From the NCBI GenBank assembly GCA_025353105.1, contig JANXRG010000059.1, positions 2,383 to 66,382 of the forward strand: a stretch of DNA of 64,000 bases, given 5' to 3'. The translations under genes were made by a program, and so were the position numbers. Positions 11,689-20,923 of this stretch are shown piece by piece (within the stretch, counting starts at the first letter, position 1; every line of letters starts with the position of its first letter). Source of the stretch: Verrucomicrobiota bacterium. GTDB taxonomy: Bacteria; Verrucomicrobiota; Verrucomicrobiia; Chthoniobacterales; SZAS-18. The notes under the pieces are model-generated. The model searched no databases. It was not told the DNA's origin and saw only the letters and a list, made by a program, of their open reading frames with translations.

Positions 11689-12680
11689 ACCGATTCTTTT
11701 CGCGCATCGCCTTGCTTGGGGTGGCGGCGCTCTGCGTTTGCCCCGCGATTGCCTGGGGCTGGGGTTCGGAGGGGCACGAGACGATTGGAATGCTGGCCGA
11801 GCGTCAGATCGCCGGGACGCGCGCGGCGGCGGAGGTGAGGAAGTTGTTGCGCTTTGGTGAGACGCTCGCTGTCGTCAGCACCTGGGCCGACCGGGTTAAG
11901 CGCGGCGGCTTTGACGCGGAATCAGATGACTTCATTCTGCGTAATCCCGCGCATCCCTCCTATCACTATACGGACATTCCGTTTCAGGTTGCCGACTACC
12001 GTGCCGGTATGGTGGGCGCGCGTCCGTCGGACCTTGTGCATCTCTACGAACGCTGCATCGCAATCCTCCGCGGGAGGTCGGACGCGAAAAGCAATCCCAC
12101 TGCCATCACACCGCGCGTCGCTTTGCTGCTCGTCGCGCACTTTGCCGGCGACATTGAGCAGCCATTCCACGTCGGGGGCGGCTACATTGCGGAGGTGGAG
12201 GGAGCACCCCGCTTCGTGGACCCGCGGGGGCGTCCGCGCGGCTCCTACCGTTCGGACATTGGCGCGAACGCCCTGATGATCGGCGCGGGCAACCTACACT
12301 ACTACTGGGACATTCTCGCTGTGCAGCGGGCAATGGTGCGTCGCAGCGGGGCACCGGGCGCGCGGGCTTACGCCGATTGGATTGCGGCGAACATCAAGCC
12401 GCAGGCGGCCTGGGACGCGAAGGGTGATGCCTCGTCCTGGCCGGCACAATGGGCCGGATCGGTCCTGCCGCTGGCCCGCGAGGCGCGGGCCGGGCTGCAA
12501 CTTGGTCCGCGCGTGGAGGTCCCGAATCCGAGCCCGCCGCCAATCTATCGCAGCGAATGGACCGTGGCGTTGCCGCCGGATTACGAGCGCCGCGCCATCG
12601 ATGCGGTCGACCTGCAACTCGCGCGTGGTGGATACCGGCTCGCGCGGTTACTGCAGGACATCTGGCCGGAGGCGCGCTAA
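11685..12680 (+). CDS. S1/P1-family nuclease, secreted
   Basis: Signal peptide followed by the hallmark WGWGSEGHE, then YHYTD and HFAGDIEQPFH. ATGA overlap with the CDF stop. Confidence 0.8.
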   Translation: MNRFFSRIALLGVAALCVCPAIAWGWGSEGHETIGMLAERQIAGTRAAAEVRKLLRFGETLAVVSTWADRVKRGGFDAESDDFILRNPAHPSYHYTDIPFQVADYRAGMVGARPSDLVHLYERCIAILRGRSDAKSNPTAITPRVALLLVAHFAGDIEQPFHVGGGYIAEVEGAPRFVDPRGRPRGSYRSDIGANALMIGAGNLHYYWDILAVQRAMVRRSGAPGARAYADWIAANIKPQAAWDAKGDASSWPAQWAGSVLPLAREARAGLQLGPRVEVPNPSPPPIYRSEWTVALPPDYERRAIDAVDLQLARGGYRLARLLQDIWPEAR

Positions 12681-12710
12681 GCGGGCCCTCGGTCGTCTCA
12701 TTCGTTGCCC

Positions 12711-12986
12711 TTACCGCCCGGCACCGAGCACGCCGCTGTTGCCGAGGTCCGCACCCGACCGGGCATTCCGCATGTCGCCCTGTTCGACATTGCTTTGGCT
12801 CGGCTGGTTCGGATCAACGGTGTAGGTCTTGCGCATATTTGAACCAAGCGACGGTGCGCTCTCGGTATAAGTCTGCTGGCCTTTGGCGCCAGAGCTGGCG
12901 ACCGCGGATGCCGGGGCTGTCGTGCAGCCATTGAGGGCAATGACCGACACGAATGCGGCCGAGAAGAGAGAGACACGTTTGATCAT
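12711..12986 (-). CDS. Small hypothetical lipoprotein (91 aa)
   Basis: Lipobox IALNGC after a hydrophobic N-terminus; the rest is S/G/N/Q-rich. Confidence 0.55.
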   Translation of the reverse strand: MIKRVSLFSAAFVSVIALNGCTTAPASAVASSGAKGQQTYTESAPSLGSNMRKTYTVDPNQPSQSNVEQGDMRNARSGADLGNSGVLGAGR

Positions 12987-13049
12987 ATGGGGGGTTTGAA
13001 GGTTCGTGAGAAGCGCCGTGATGACAAGCCAATTTTCGCACTGGTACGG

Positions 13050-13835
13050 TCAGCCTGCGGAGTACGAATGAATGCGAGCGCGCCACCCCGGAAGCCAGCG
13101 TGATTCGCCGCGTTCCGATGGCGAATTCGAGACGCGCTGCGTCAACACGCGGTCCGCGGACGCGGCAAATTCCCGGGTCGCGTCGCGGCCGCGGGGATCG
13201 CCGCGCATGGCCAACAACACTTGCAGCAAGCCCCAACCCTTGCCCTTGTACCGCTCGGTGAGTTTCGTGCCCTCGCCTTTGAAATTCACATAATCCACGA
13301 GCGAGTAGACCCCTCCTGGCGCGCTTAGGACGTCCTCAAATCGTTGCCGCACGGCCGGCCGTTGATCCGCCGGAAGCGACTCGAGCATTAAAGGAAGCGC
13401 CGCTTCGAGGCGCATCGCGGCGAAGCGCGCCTGTGGGGCAACCGAGTGCGCCAGCAGCGCCCGCAACTCGATCAGCCGCGCGCCTTGGAAGTCCGCCAGA
13501 AACGCCTCGCGGCTTGGCCACGGGCACGGAACATCGGCTCGGAGCCAACCGGGCAGGACGATGCCGATTTTGCTAAAATACGCGATGAGCCGCGGAAAGC
13601 TCTCTTCAAATGGTCCGCGCCGACCAGCGGGATACCAGATGAAATGCCCGATGCCGAGCGAGGCAAAGTCCTCGCCCTGGTTCCACGAAGTGAGGCCGTC
13701 GACCCGGCCGCCGCATTCGTTCTGCCAAAGGCGCTTTCCCGCCTCGAAAGCCTGCGGGTCGCTGATCGTGACCGCCGCGGCAACCTGACCCGAGCACAGG
13801 GCTAATAAAACTTTCAGCGCAATTAATTGTCTCAT
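13050..13835 (-). CDS. Secreted hypothetical protein, last gene of the moaA operon
   Basis: Signal peptide MRQLIALKVLLALCSGQVAAA. Starts 7 nt after the moaC stop. Family not recognised. Confidence 0.65.
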   Translation of the reverse strand: MRQLIALKVLLALCSGQVAAAVTISDPQAFEAGKRLWQNECGGRVDGLTSWNQGEDFASLGIGHFIWYPAGRRGPFEESFPRLIAYFSKIGIVLPGWLRADVPCPWPSREAFLADFQGARLIELRALLAHSVAPQARFAAMRLEAALPLMLESLPADQRPAVRQRFEDVLSAPGGVYSLVDYVNFKGEGTKLTERYKGKGWGLLQVLLAMRGDPRGRDATREFAASADRVLTQRVSNSPSERGESRWLPGWRARIHSYSAG

Positions 13836-13842
13836 GGGTTGG

Positions 13843-14319
13843 CTAATTTCCGGGTGCGATTTCCGTCTTCGCCTTGTGGTCGAGCGTGACCTCTCCAATC
13901 AGCATCTCTTTATCCACTGCCTTGCACATGTCATAAATGGTCAGCGCGGCGGTCGCTACGCCCGTGAGCGCCTCCATCTCCGCGCCGGTGCGGCCAACCG
14001 TGCGAACTTCGCAGCGAATCGCGATTCCGGTTTCGCCCACGTCAAAATCGATTCCCACAAAATCCAGCACCAGCGGGTGACATAACGGGATCAGTTCGGC
14101 CGTTTTCTTGGCGGCTTGGATGCCGGCGATGCGCGCCGTCCCGAGCACGTTGCCCTTCCCGATTTGGTTCGACTCGATCAGCGCGAGCGTTTCCGCCTGC
14201 AGCCGAATTGCGCCCGAGGCGACCGCGACGCGCGCCGAGATCGGCTTCGCCGACACGTCGACCATCCGGGCGGTGCCATCGGCGTCGAGATGCGAGAAGG
14301 CGGGGGTGGAATTCGACAT
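13843..14319 (-). CDS. moaC: Cyclic pyranopterin monophosphate synthase MoaC
   Basis: GKGNVLGTARIAGIQAAKKTAELIPLCHPL and EMEALTGVATAALTIYDMCKA. Start trimmed to ATG 14319. Confidence 0.9.
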   Translation of the reverse strand: MSNSTPAFSHLDADGTARMVDVSAKPISARVAVASGAIRLQAETLALIESNQIGKGNVLGTARIAGIQAAKKTAELIPLCHPLVLDFVGIDFDVGETGIAIRCEVRTVGRTGAEMEALTGVATAALTIYDMCKAVDKEMLIGEVTLDHKAKTEIAPGN

Positions 14320-14363
14320 CGCGGATCCGGGCTGGTTCAATGGTCGCGGCAGAACGCGCGATT

Positions 14364-15812
14364 TCAAGCCGGGAGGAGCACGCCCGCCAGCGCCGCGTTG
14401 AGCAGGGTCGCGACAAATCCCACAAACAGCGCGCGGCCGCCCATCCGCGCGAGATCGTGGCGGCGATCCGGCGCCAGCGCGCCGATGCCGCCCAGCTGGA
14501 TGCCGACGGAGGCAAAATTGGCAAAGCCCGTCAGCGCGAATGCGGCGAGGGTGTACGAGCGATTGCTCATAAAATTCGGGATTTCCTTCCATCCTTTGAG
14601 TTGCAGATAGGCGTAGTGCTCGTTGATCGAGAGTTTGGATCCGAGCAGTCCGGCCACCTTGTGCACGTCGGTTGGTTCCACGCCCATGAGGAATGCGGCC
14701 GGCGAGAACAGCCAGCCGAACACCTTGCCGAGCGACAAGTCATCGGGCCAGCTGCTGAGTGATTCCGCCCCGATCCCAACCCAAATCAGCGACGGTTTGA
14801 TGCCGGCGAGGATCGCATCGAACATCGCCACGAAAGCGATGAAGACAATGAGCATCGCCGCGACATTGAGGGCGAGACGCAGGCCGTCCGTCGTCCCGGA
14901 CGCCGCCGCGTCGATGGCATTCACAAACGGCGACTTTTCCGCCTTCATTTCCACCGTGCCGCCGGTCTCGGGAGTCGACAATTCCGGCAGGCACAACTTG
15001 GCGAGATACAGACTGCCCGGACTGGCCATCACGCACGTCGTCAGGACCGCGACGGCATTGGCCCCGTAGTTGATGTAGACAACCATCATGCCGCCGGAGA
15101 TGTGGGCGAAGCCACTGACCATGAGGGCGAATAATTCCGAATTCGTCATGCGCGGCACGTACGGCCGGACGATCAGCGGAGCCTCGGTCTGGCCCATGAA
15201 GACATTGGCCGAGACCGACAACGTTTCCGCACCGCTGGTGCCCATGAGGTAAACCATCACGCGCGCCAGCAGGCGCACGCACCACTGCACGATGCCGAAA
15301 TGGTAAAGCACCGTGAAGAACGCGGAGACGAACAGAATCGGGGGGAGCGCGATGAACGCGAACTGAAACATGTAATTCGTGCCAAAGAGCGCCGACCACG
15401 TGCCGCCGGCGGCCGGCGGGCGGGCGTCGGAGAGATTGCCGAAGACAAAGCGCGCGCCGGCGTCGGAAAAGCTGATGAATTGTTTCACCACGCTTCCGAT
15501 CGCCTCGAAAGCGCGGTACACGGCTGGCACTTTGAGCACGAGCAACGCGAGGACGAGTTGAATCGCGAATCCCCAGACGATGGTGCGCCAGTTCACGGCG
15601 CGCAGGTTCGCGGAGAAGAGGGCCACGATGCCGAAAAAGCAGAAGACCCCGGCGAGCGCCTGACCACGGACACCGACCACCGGCTGCAATAAATAGGCGA
15701 TTCCGCCCACCGCGACGATCCCCCCTCCAATGGCGAGGCGCCAGGAGAGTGGCGTGGGCGCGATCACACGCTCGGCCTGCGGCACGGGAGGAGAGGGTGC
15801 GTCGGTGCTCAT
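14364..15812 (-). CDS. Concentrative nucleoside transporter (NupC/CNT family)
   Basis: Polytopic membrane protein with CNT-type segments (FVFGNL, MGTSGAETLSVSANVFMGQTEAPL, GFANFASVGIQLGG). Start trimmed to ATG 15812. Confidence 0.8.
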   Translation of the reverse strand: MSTDAPSPPVPQAERVIAPTPLSWRLAIGGGIVAVGGIAYLLQPVVGVRGQALAGVFCFFGIVALFSANLRAVNWRTIVWGFAIQLVLALLVLKVPAVYRAFEAIGSVVKQFISFSDAGARFVFGNLSDARPPAAGGTWSALFGTNYMFQFAFIALPPILFVSAFFTVLYHFGIVQWCVRLLARVMVYLMGTSGAETLSVSANVFMGQTEAPLIVRPYVPRMTNSELFALMVSGFAHISGGMMVVYINYGANAVAVLTTCVMASPGSLYLAKLCLPELSTPETGGTVEMKAEKSPFVNAIDAAASGTTDGLRLALNVAAMLIVFIAFVAMFDAILAGIKPSLIWVGIGAESLSSWPDDLSLGKVFGWLFSPAAFLMGVEPTDVHKVAGLLGSKLSINEHYAYLQLKGWKEIPNFMSNRSYTLAAFALTGFANFASVGIQLGGIGALAPDRRHDLARMGGRALFVGFVATLLNAALAGVLLPA

Positions 15813-15867
15813 GAGACAGGAGGTCCCGTCCGCCGGGAAGCGCGTAGCATGCGCGAATCGCACGCCG

Positions 15868-17097
15868 CTATCCAACAGAAATCCGGTCGGCTTTGGCCGA
15901 CGTCTTCCGTCGCGGTGGACGCGTCCCGGCCCACACCGCCGTGGCCACCACCACGAGGCCGATCAGTGCGAGGACGGAAGCCTCCCAGATGCTCAACGGG
16001 GCGGCAAAGCGCGTCGCTGCGAGGCTGGAAACCGCGGCGAGTCCGCCGAAATAAAAGCCAAGCCCGAGTCCGCCACGCCCGCCCGGCACCCGCCCCAGGG
16101 CAAGCGGGAAGACGCCGTTTGCCACGAGACTGAACGCCGCCAGCAGGGCCAGCGCACCGAGCAGCGCCGAGGCCGTCGAATGTATGAACCACGCCAGCGC
16201 CGCGACGAGCGCGGCCGTCAATCCCGCCCCGATGAGCATCGTGCGCTCGTTGCCGAATCGGCTCGCAATCAGGCCGGCAGCAAGCGCGGCGAGCGCGAAA
16301 AAAATGAACGCAACCGCCATGAGCCGTTCGGGTCCGGGCCAGTCGGGGGGCAGGCGTCGGAGCACGGTCGGCAGCAGTTTGCCGAAGATCGCGAAGGTCG
16401 CGAGCGACATGCCGGCGCCGGCAGCCGCAAGCGTGACGAGCGGCCCGATCAGCGACGCCGGAAGGGCGCGCGCGGGCGCTTCCGCCGCAGGGGTCGCGCG
16501 ATCGATGAACCAAACGGCCCCGCAGGCGAGCAACAGCACGAGCGAGCCTATCCCAAAGCAGATCACCGGTCCGAGTGTGAGCATGAATTCTCGCGCCCCG
16601 GGTCGTAGCGCCGCGACCCCGCCGCCGATCAACGTCAGGATGCTGGCGGCCCGCGGCAAATTGGGCGCGGTGGAGTAGCGGCCAAGCAACGCGAGCGCCG
16701 GAGTTCGAAACACGGTCATCGCAATCGCCCAAACGACGACGAGGGCCAGAAACATCGCGCGACCGGCGTCGGTCTTCGCGATCGGAGTCAGCACGGCGAG
16801 CGGCGTCGCGATGAAGAGCGTCGCCGCGAGCAACACGCCGGCGACGATGAACGGTAGGCGCGTCCCGCTGCGTCGAAATGATTGGTCGGACAAAAAGCCG
16901 AACAGCGGCTCCAGGAAGATGGCGAGCAAGTTCTCGATCGCGAGAAGCGTGACGGCGAGGCCCGCCGCGAGCCCGAGCGAGCCAAGGAGCTGCGGCAGAT
17001 AGAGCGCGTAAACGATCCAGCTCAACCCAATCGAGCCATGCAGCAGCGCAAGGCAAGCCACCTGGCTCCAGCGCACGGCGGGTGGATCGGCGGACAT
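15868..17097 (-). CDS. MFS transporter, substrate unknown
   Basis: 409 aa with ~12 TM segments. The loop FGFLSDQSFRRSGTRLPFI resembles the D-x-x-G-R-R-P motif of MFS/GPH-like carriers. Confidence 0.8.
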   Translation of the reverse strand: MSADPPAVRWSQVACLALLHGSIGLSWIVYALYLPQLLGSLGLAAGLAVTLLAIENLLAIFLEPLFGFLSDQSFRRSGTRLPFIVAGVLLAATLFIATPLAVLTPIAKTDAGRAMFLALVVVWAIAMTVFRTPALALLGRYSTAPNLPRAASILTLIGGGVAALRPGAREFMLTLGPVICFGIGSLVLLLACGAVWFIDRATPAAEAPARALPASLIGPLVTLAAAGAGMSLATFAIFGKLLPTVLRRLPPDWPGPERLMAVAFIFFALAALAAGLIASRFGNERTMLIGAGLTAALVAALAWFIHSTASALLGALALLAAFSLVANGVFPLALGRVPGGRGGLGLGFYFGGLAAVSSLAATRFAAPLSIWEASVLALIGLVVVATAVWAGTRPPRRKTSAKADRISVG

Positions 17098-17136
17098 GAC
17101 GGGCAGTTTGGCGGGTTCGCCCGCAGCCGGGCAAGC

Positions 17137-18147
17137 TCAGCCACCGATCGCGACCATTTTGCGATTCGGCTGGTAGTTTTCGCGGAAGTCGTGTTGCTGC
17201 GGCTTGCGGTCGACGACGTCGCGGAAAAACTGCGCGAGGACCTCGTCGCTGGCGCCTGCGCGCAGCGGCTCGCGGATGTCGAACTCGAGATAACTGCCAA
17301 GGCACGGCCGGAGTTTACCCTCGCAGGTCAGGCGCAGCTTGTTGCAGCTCTCGCAGAAATGCAGGTCGGTCATCGCGCCGATGAACCCAATGAGTTGCTC
17401 CGAATTTGGCAGTTGGAAATAGAGCGCCGGACCGTTCGTCTTGAAATCAGGGCGCGCGGTGAGCGGACCGGTGGAGCGCTCGATGAGGCGGCGGGCCTCG
17501 GCGATCGGGAGAAAGTTCTCCTCGGTGAGAACGTCGGTGGTGCTGACGGGCATGAGTTCGATGAAGCGCAGGAGGTAGCCATGCTCGCCGGCATAATGGA
17601 TCAGCGCCGGCAGTTGGTCTTCATTGCGTCCGCGCATCAACACGCAATTGAGCTTGATGCTTTCAAAGCCCGCCGCTCGCGCCGCGTCCAGGCCCGCGAG
17701 AGTCTGCGCCAGGAAATCGCGGCCGGTAATCGCCGTGTACTGCGCCGCGTCGAGCGTATCGAGCGAAATGTTGACCGTTCGCACGCCGTAGTGCCGCAAC
17801 GCCGCCGCCATCGTCATGCGCCGGCCAGCGACGTCGACAATCCGGGGCAGAAGCGATCCGTTCGTAGAGACGCCCAGATCCCGCAGCGCGGGGATTTCCG
17901 CGAGCAGGCGGAAGAGCTCGAGCACGTTCGAGCGCGTCAGCGGCTCGCCGCCAGTCACGCGCAATTTCGTGACGCCGAGCGTCGTGGCGACCCGCACGAG
18001 CCGGGCGATTTCCTCGTAGCGGAGAATTTCCGCGCGGGGCAGCCATTCCTGGAGCTCCTGCGGCATGCAATAGACGCAGCGCTCATTGCAGCGGTCGGTC
18101 ACCGAGACGCGCAGGTATGATATCCGATGGCCGAAACGGTCCTCCAT
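17137..18147 (-). CDS. moaA: GTP 3',8-cyclase MoaA (radical SAM)
   Basis: YLRVSVTDRCNERCVYCMP (CxxxCxxC), LRVTGGEPL, C-terminal CESCNKLRLTCEGKLRPCLG. Start trimmed to ATG 18147. Confidence 0.9.
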   Translation of the reverse strand: MEDRFGHRISYLRVSVTDRCNERCVYCMPQELQEWLPRAEILRYEEIARLVRVATTLGVTKLRVTGGEPLTRSNVLELFRLLAEIPALRDLGVSTNGSLLPRIVDVAGRRMTMAAALRHYGVRTVNISLDTLDAAQYTAITGRDFLAQTLAGLDAARAAGFESIKLNCVLMRGRNEDQLPALIHYAGEHGYLLRFIELMPVSTTDVLTEENFLPIAEARRLIERSTGPLTARPDFKTNGPALYFQLPNSEQLIGFIGAMTDLHFCESCNKLRLTCEGKLRPCLGSYLEFDIREPLRAGASDEVLAQFFRDVVDRKPQQHDFRENYQPNRKMVAIGG

Positions 18148-18288
18148 GACCCTATCTAGAGGCCGGGAGCCAACCGAGCAAGTTGGGATCGCATTGCCGA
18201 CCCGCATTCCTTCGAATGGTTTCCTCAGCGAATGCGTCTAAACCCTGCTACTTTTGTCGCTAGCTTAGGTTTAACCGAGTCCCCACTC

Positions 18289-18780
18289 ATGAAAACGCCG
18301 CCCGTCCTCCGCGCCTTGGCGCTGCCCGCCCTGGCGATTGCGCTGCTGGCTTTGCCGGCTTGTTCGACCCCGCAGACACGTGCCCAGGACAATCCTGCCA
18401 TCATGCAGAGCCTGTCGCCGTCCGACCGTGTGATCGTGCTGAACCACCGCATCCGGGTCGGGTTGAGCAAACCAGGGGTCTTTATCGCGTTCGGCCGGCC
18501 CGATCGCATTTTCCGCGGGGCGAACCAGGCGGGCGCGCTTGAGGCATGGATTTATACGACAACCGAATACGTGTATGCCGGTGGCTTTGCGGCTTTCCCG
18601 ACGCCCATCTACTCTCCCGACGTGTTTTGGGCGCGAGGCCGAGGCCGGTTCGCCTTCCGCGGCGCCTACGGGGGTTATTCCGGTTTCTATTATTCGCCCT
18701 ACGTCGGCGTGCAGGTGCCGAGTCGCCGCGTGATGTTCCAGCAGGGCCGCGTCGTCGCGTTTGAGGAACTGCCGTACTAG
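18289..18780 (+). CDS. Hypothetical lipoprotein
   Basis: Lipobox LALPACS after MKTPPVLRALALPALAIALLA. Start trimmed to ATG 18289. Confidence 0.6.
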   Translation: MKTPPVLRALALPALAIALLALPACSTPQTRAQDNPAIMQSLSPSDRVIVLNHRIRVGLSKPGVFIAFGRPDRIFRGANQAGALEAWIYTTTEYVYAGGFAAFPTPIYSPDVFWARGRGRFAFRGAYGGYSGFYYSPYVGVQVPSRRVMFQQGRVVAFEELPY

Positions 18781-18793
18781 CCACGCGCCGGCG

Positions 18794-19267
18794 TCAGGCT
18801 GCGGCGTCCACCGTGGCGGCGCTCTTCGGACGTTTTCCGCGCGGCGCCCGCGCTCCGTGTGTGGCTGCCACGAATTTCGCGAGGCTCGTCTGATTGAGCT
18901 CGTGTTCGAGGGCGGTCTGGGCCGAGGTAAAAATGCGGTTGAGCACCGCCTCCATCTGCGCGCCGACCGGGCATTTCAGGTTGGGCCGCGCCCGCGGACG
19001 ATTCAAAGGCTCGGCGGTCTCCACCGCGCGATAAACATCGCCGAGTGAAATTCGATCCGGCGGTTGCGCGAGCCGAGCTCCACCGTGCGGTCCCTTTTGC
19101 GTTTGCACGAGCCCGGCCTGGTTCAACGCGCAAAGCAGGCGGCGCACAACCACGGGATTCGTGTTCGTGCTCGCGGAGATATCGGACGACGTCAGGCTCC
19201 GCCCGTCGGAATGCGCGAGCAGCAAAAGCGTGTGCACGCCCATGGCAAAACGACAACTGGCTGGCAT
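18794..19267 (-). CDS. Rrf2-family transcriptional regulator
   Basis: N-terminal wHTH pattern FAMGVHTLLLLA...SSDISASTNTNPVVVRRLLCALNQAGLVQTQKGPHGG. Divergent from the UbiD-family gene. Confidence 0.8.
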   Translation of the reverse strand: MPASCRFAMGVHTLLLLAHSDGRSLTSSDISASTNTNPVVVRRLLCALNQAGLVQTQKGPHGGARLAQPPDRISLGDVYRAVETAEPLNRPRARPNLKCPVGAQMEAVLNRIFTSAQTALEHELNQTSLAKFVAATHGARAPRGKRPKSAATVDAAA

Positions 19268-19373
19268 GCCGATACTGTAACCCAGATCAATCGCGTCGAA
19301 AGGCGCGAGTTGGATGGGGTCCACGACGGGGTCGACGGTCGACAGCCGTGCGAATCCAAGCTTTCATGGTTGC

Positions 19374-20843
19374 ATGTCGTATCGCTCGTTTTCCGAATTC
19401 GTCGCCGCGCTCGATCAGGCGGGCGAACTGCGTCGCATCGTGGAGCCGGTCGCGACGGAGCTGGAGATCACCGCGATCGCCGACCGGGAAATGAAGTCTC
19501 CGGGCGGGGGCAAGGCGTTGCTCTTTGAACAGCCGACGATCGCGGGGAAGACGTCACGATTTCCGCTCGCGATCAACACGATGGGATCCAAGCGGCGTAT
19601 GGCGATCGCGCTGAAGGTGAACGACGTCGAGGATCTCGCGCAGGAGATGCAGTTGATTCTGAAGGCGAAGCCCCCGACGAATCTCCGGCAGGGCTGGGAG
19701 CTCTTGAAGCAGGGCGTGAATCTGCTGCACGCGCGGCCCAAGCACGTCAGCGGCGGCGCGTGCAAGGACGTGGTGCAAATTTTGCGCGAGGGCGAGTCGG
19801 CGGGGCTCACTCTCGCCGATCTACCCGTGCTGCAATGCTGGCCGAAGGATGGCGGGCGCTTCGTCACGCTGCCGAACGTGCACACCCGTGATCCCGACAC
19901 CGGCGAACGCAACGTCGGCATGTACCGCATGCAGGTGTACGATGACCGCTCGACCGGCATGCACTGGCAGGTGCACAAGGTCGGGGCGCGGCACGGCAAG
20001 CGTTACTACGAACGCGGCGAGCGGATGCCGGTGGCCGTGACGTTGGGTGGCGATCCGGCGTACACGTTTGCGGCCACCGCGCCGCTGCCCGATGGCCTCG
20101 ACGAGATTTTATTCGCCGGATTCTGCCGGAAGAAATCCGTCGAGCTGGTGAAGTGCGAGACGATCGACCTCGAAGTGCCGGCCGACGTGGACTTCGTGCT
20201 CGAGGGTTATGTGCAGCCGGGCGAACTGCGCGCGGAGGGTCCGTTCGGTGACCACACGGGGTATTACACTCCGGTGGACGACTATCCGGTCTTCCACCTC
20301 ACGGCGATCACGCACCGCAAAGATGCGATTTATCCGGCAACCATCGTGGGCATTCCGCCGATGGAGGACTTCTACATGGGCACCGCGAGCGTGCGCGTGT
20401 TCCTACCGGTCTTCCGGATGAATTTTCCGGAAATCGTCGATCTCGCGCTGCCGGCGGAGGGCGTCTTCCACAACCTGGTTTTCGTCAGCATTCGCAAACA
20501 ATACCCGTGGCAGGCCTACAAGATCATGCATGGCCTGTGGGGCATGGGGCAGATGATGTTCAGCAAGTACATCGTGGTGGTGGACGAGGACTGCGACGTG
20601 CACAACACGAGCGACGTGCTCTTCCGGCTCTGCGCCAACACGGATCCGCAACGCGACAGCACGTTCATCAAGAGCCCTTGCGACTCGCTGGATCACGCGC
20701 CGACGCTACCCAACATCGGCACGCACATGGGCTTCGACGCGACGCGAAAGCTTCCGGGCGAGGGCTACCATCGCGGCTGGCCCGAACTCGTGAAAATGGA
20801 CGCCGAAACGTTGAAACGCATCGAGCGGCTGTTTGGGAGCTAA
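19374..20843 (+). CDS. UbiD-family (prenyl-FMN dependent) decarboxylase, quinone-biosynthesis type
   Basis: MSYRSFSEFVAALDQAGELRRI..., NVGMYRMQV, GPFGDHTGYY. Start trimmed to ATG 19374. Confidence 0.85.
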   Translation: MSYRSFSEFVAALDQAGELRRIVEPVATELEITAIADREMKSPGGGKALLFEQPTIAGKTSRFPLAINTMGSKRRMAIALKVNDVEDLAQEMQLILKAKPPTNLRQGWELLKQGVNLLHARPKHVSGGACKDVVQILREGESAGLTLADLPVLQCWPKDGGRFVTLPNVHTRDPDTGERNVGMYRMQVYDDRSTGMHWQVHKVGARHGKRYYERGERMPVAVTLGGDPAYTFAATAPLPDGLDEILFAGFCRKKSVELVKCETIDLEVPADVDFVLEGYVQPGELRAEGPFGDHTGYYTPVDDYPVFHLTAITHRKDAIYPATIVGIPPMEDFYMGTASVRVFLPVFRMNFPEIVDLALPAEGVFHNLVFVSIRKQYPWQAYKIMHGLWGMGQMMFSKYIVVVDEDCDVHNTSDVLFRLCANTDPQRDSTFIKSPCDSLDHAPTLPNIGTHMGFDATRKLPGEGYHRGWPELVKMDAETLKRIERLFGS

Positions 20844-20923
20844 CGCGGAGCCGGGTCGGCGCGGCCGGATGAATTCACGGCAAACGATGGACGACCGCGA
20901 TGGATGTCCTACATTCGCCCGCC

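Noticed and set aside
15809-17305. Very long alternative-frame or antisense ORFs (for example 15809..17305, 22131..23300, 31954..33453, 36781..37953, 39420..40592, 16882..18120).
   Set aside because: They are Arg/Gly/Pro/His-rich and lie opposite or out of frame to genes with clear family motifs (MFS, argJ, glcD/E, mmsA, binding protein, moaA). These are typical shadow ORFs of GC-rich DNA.
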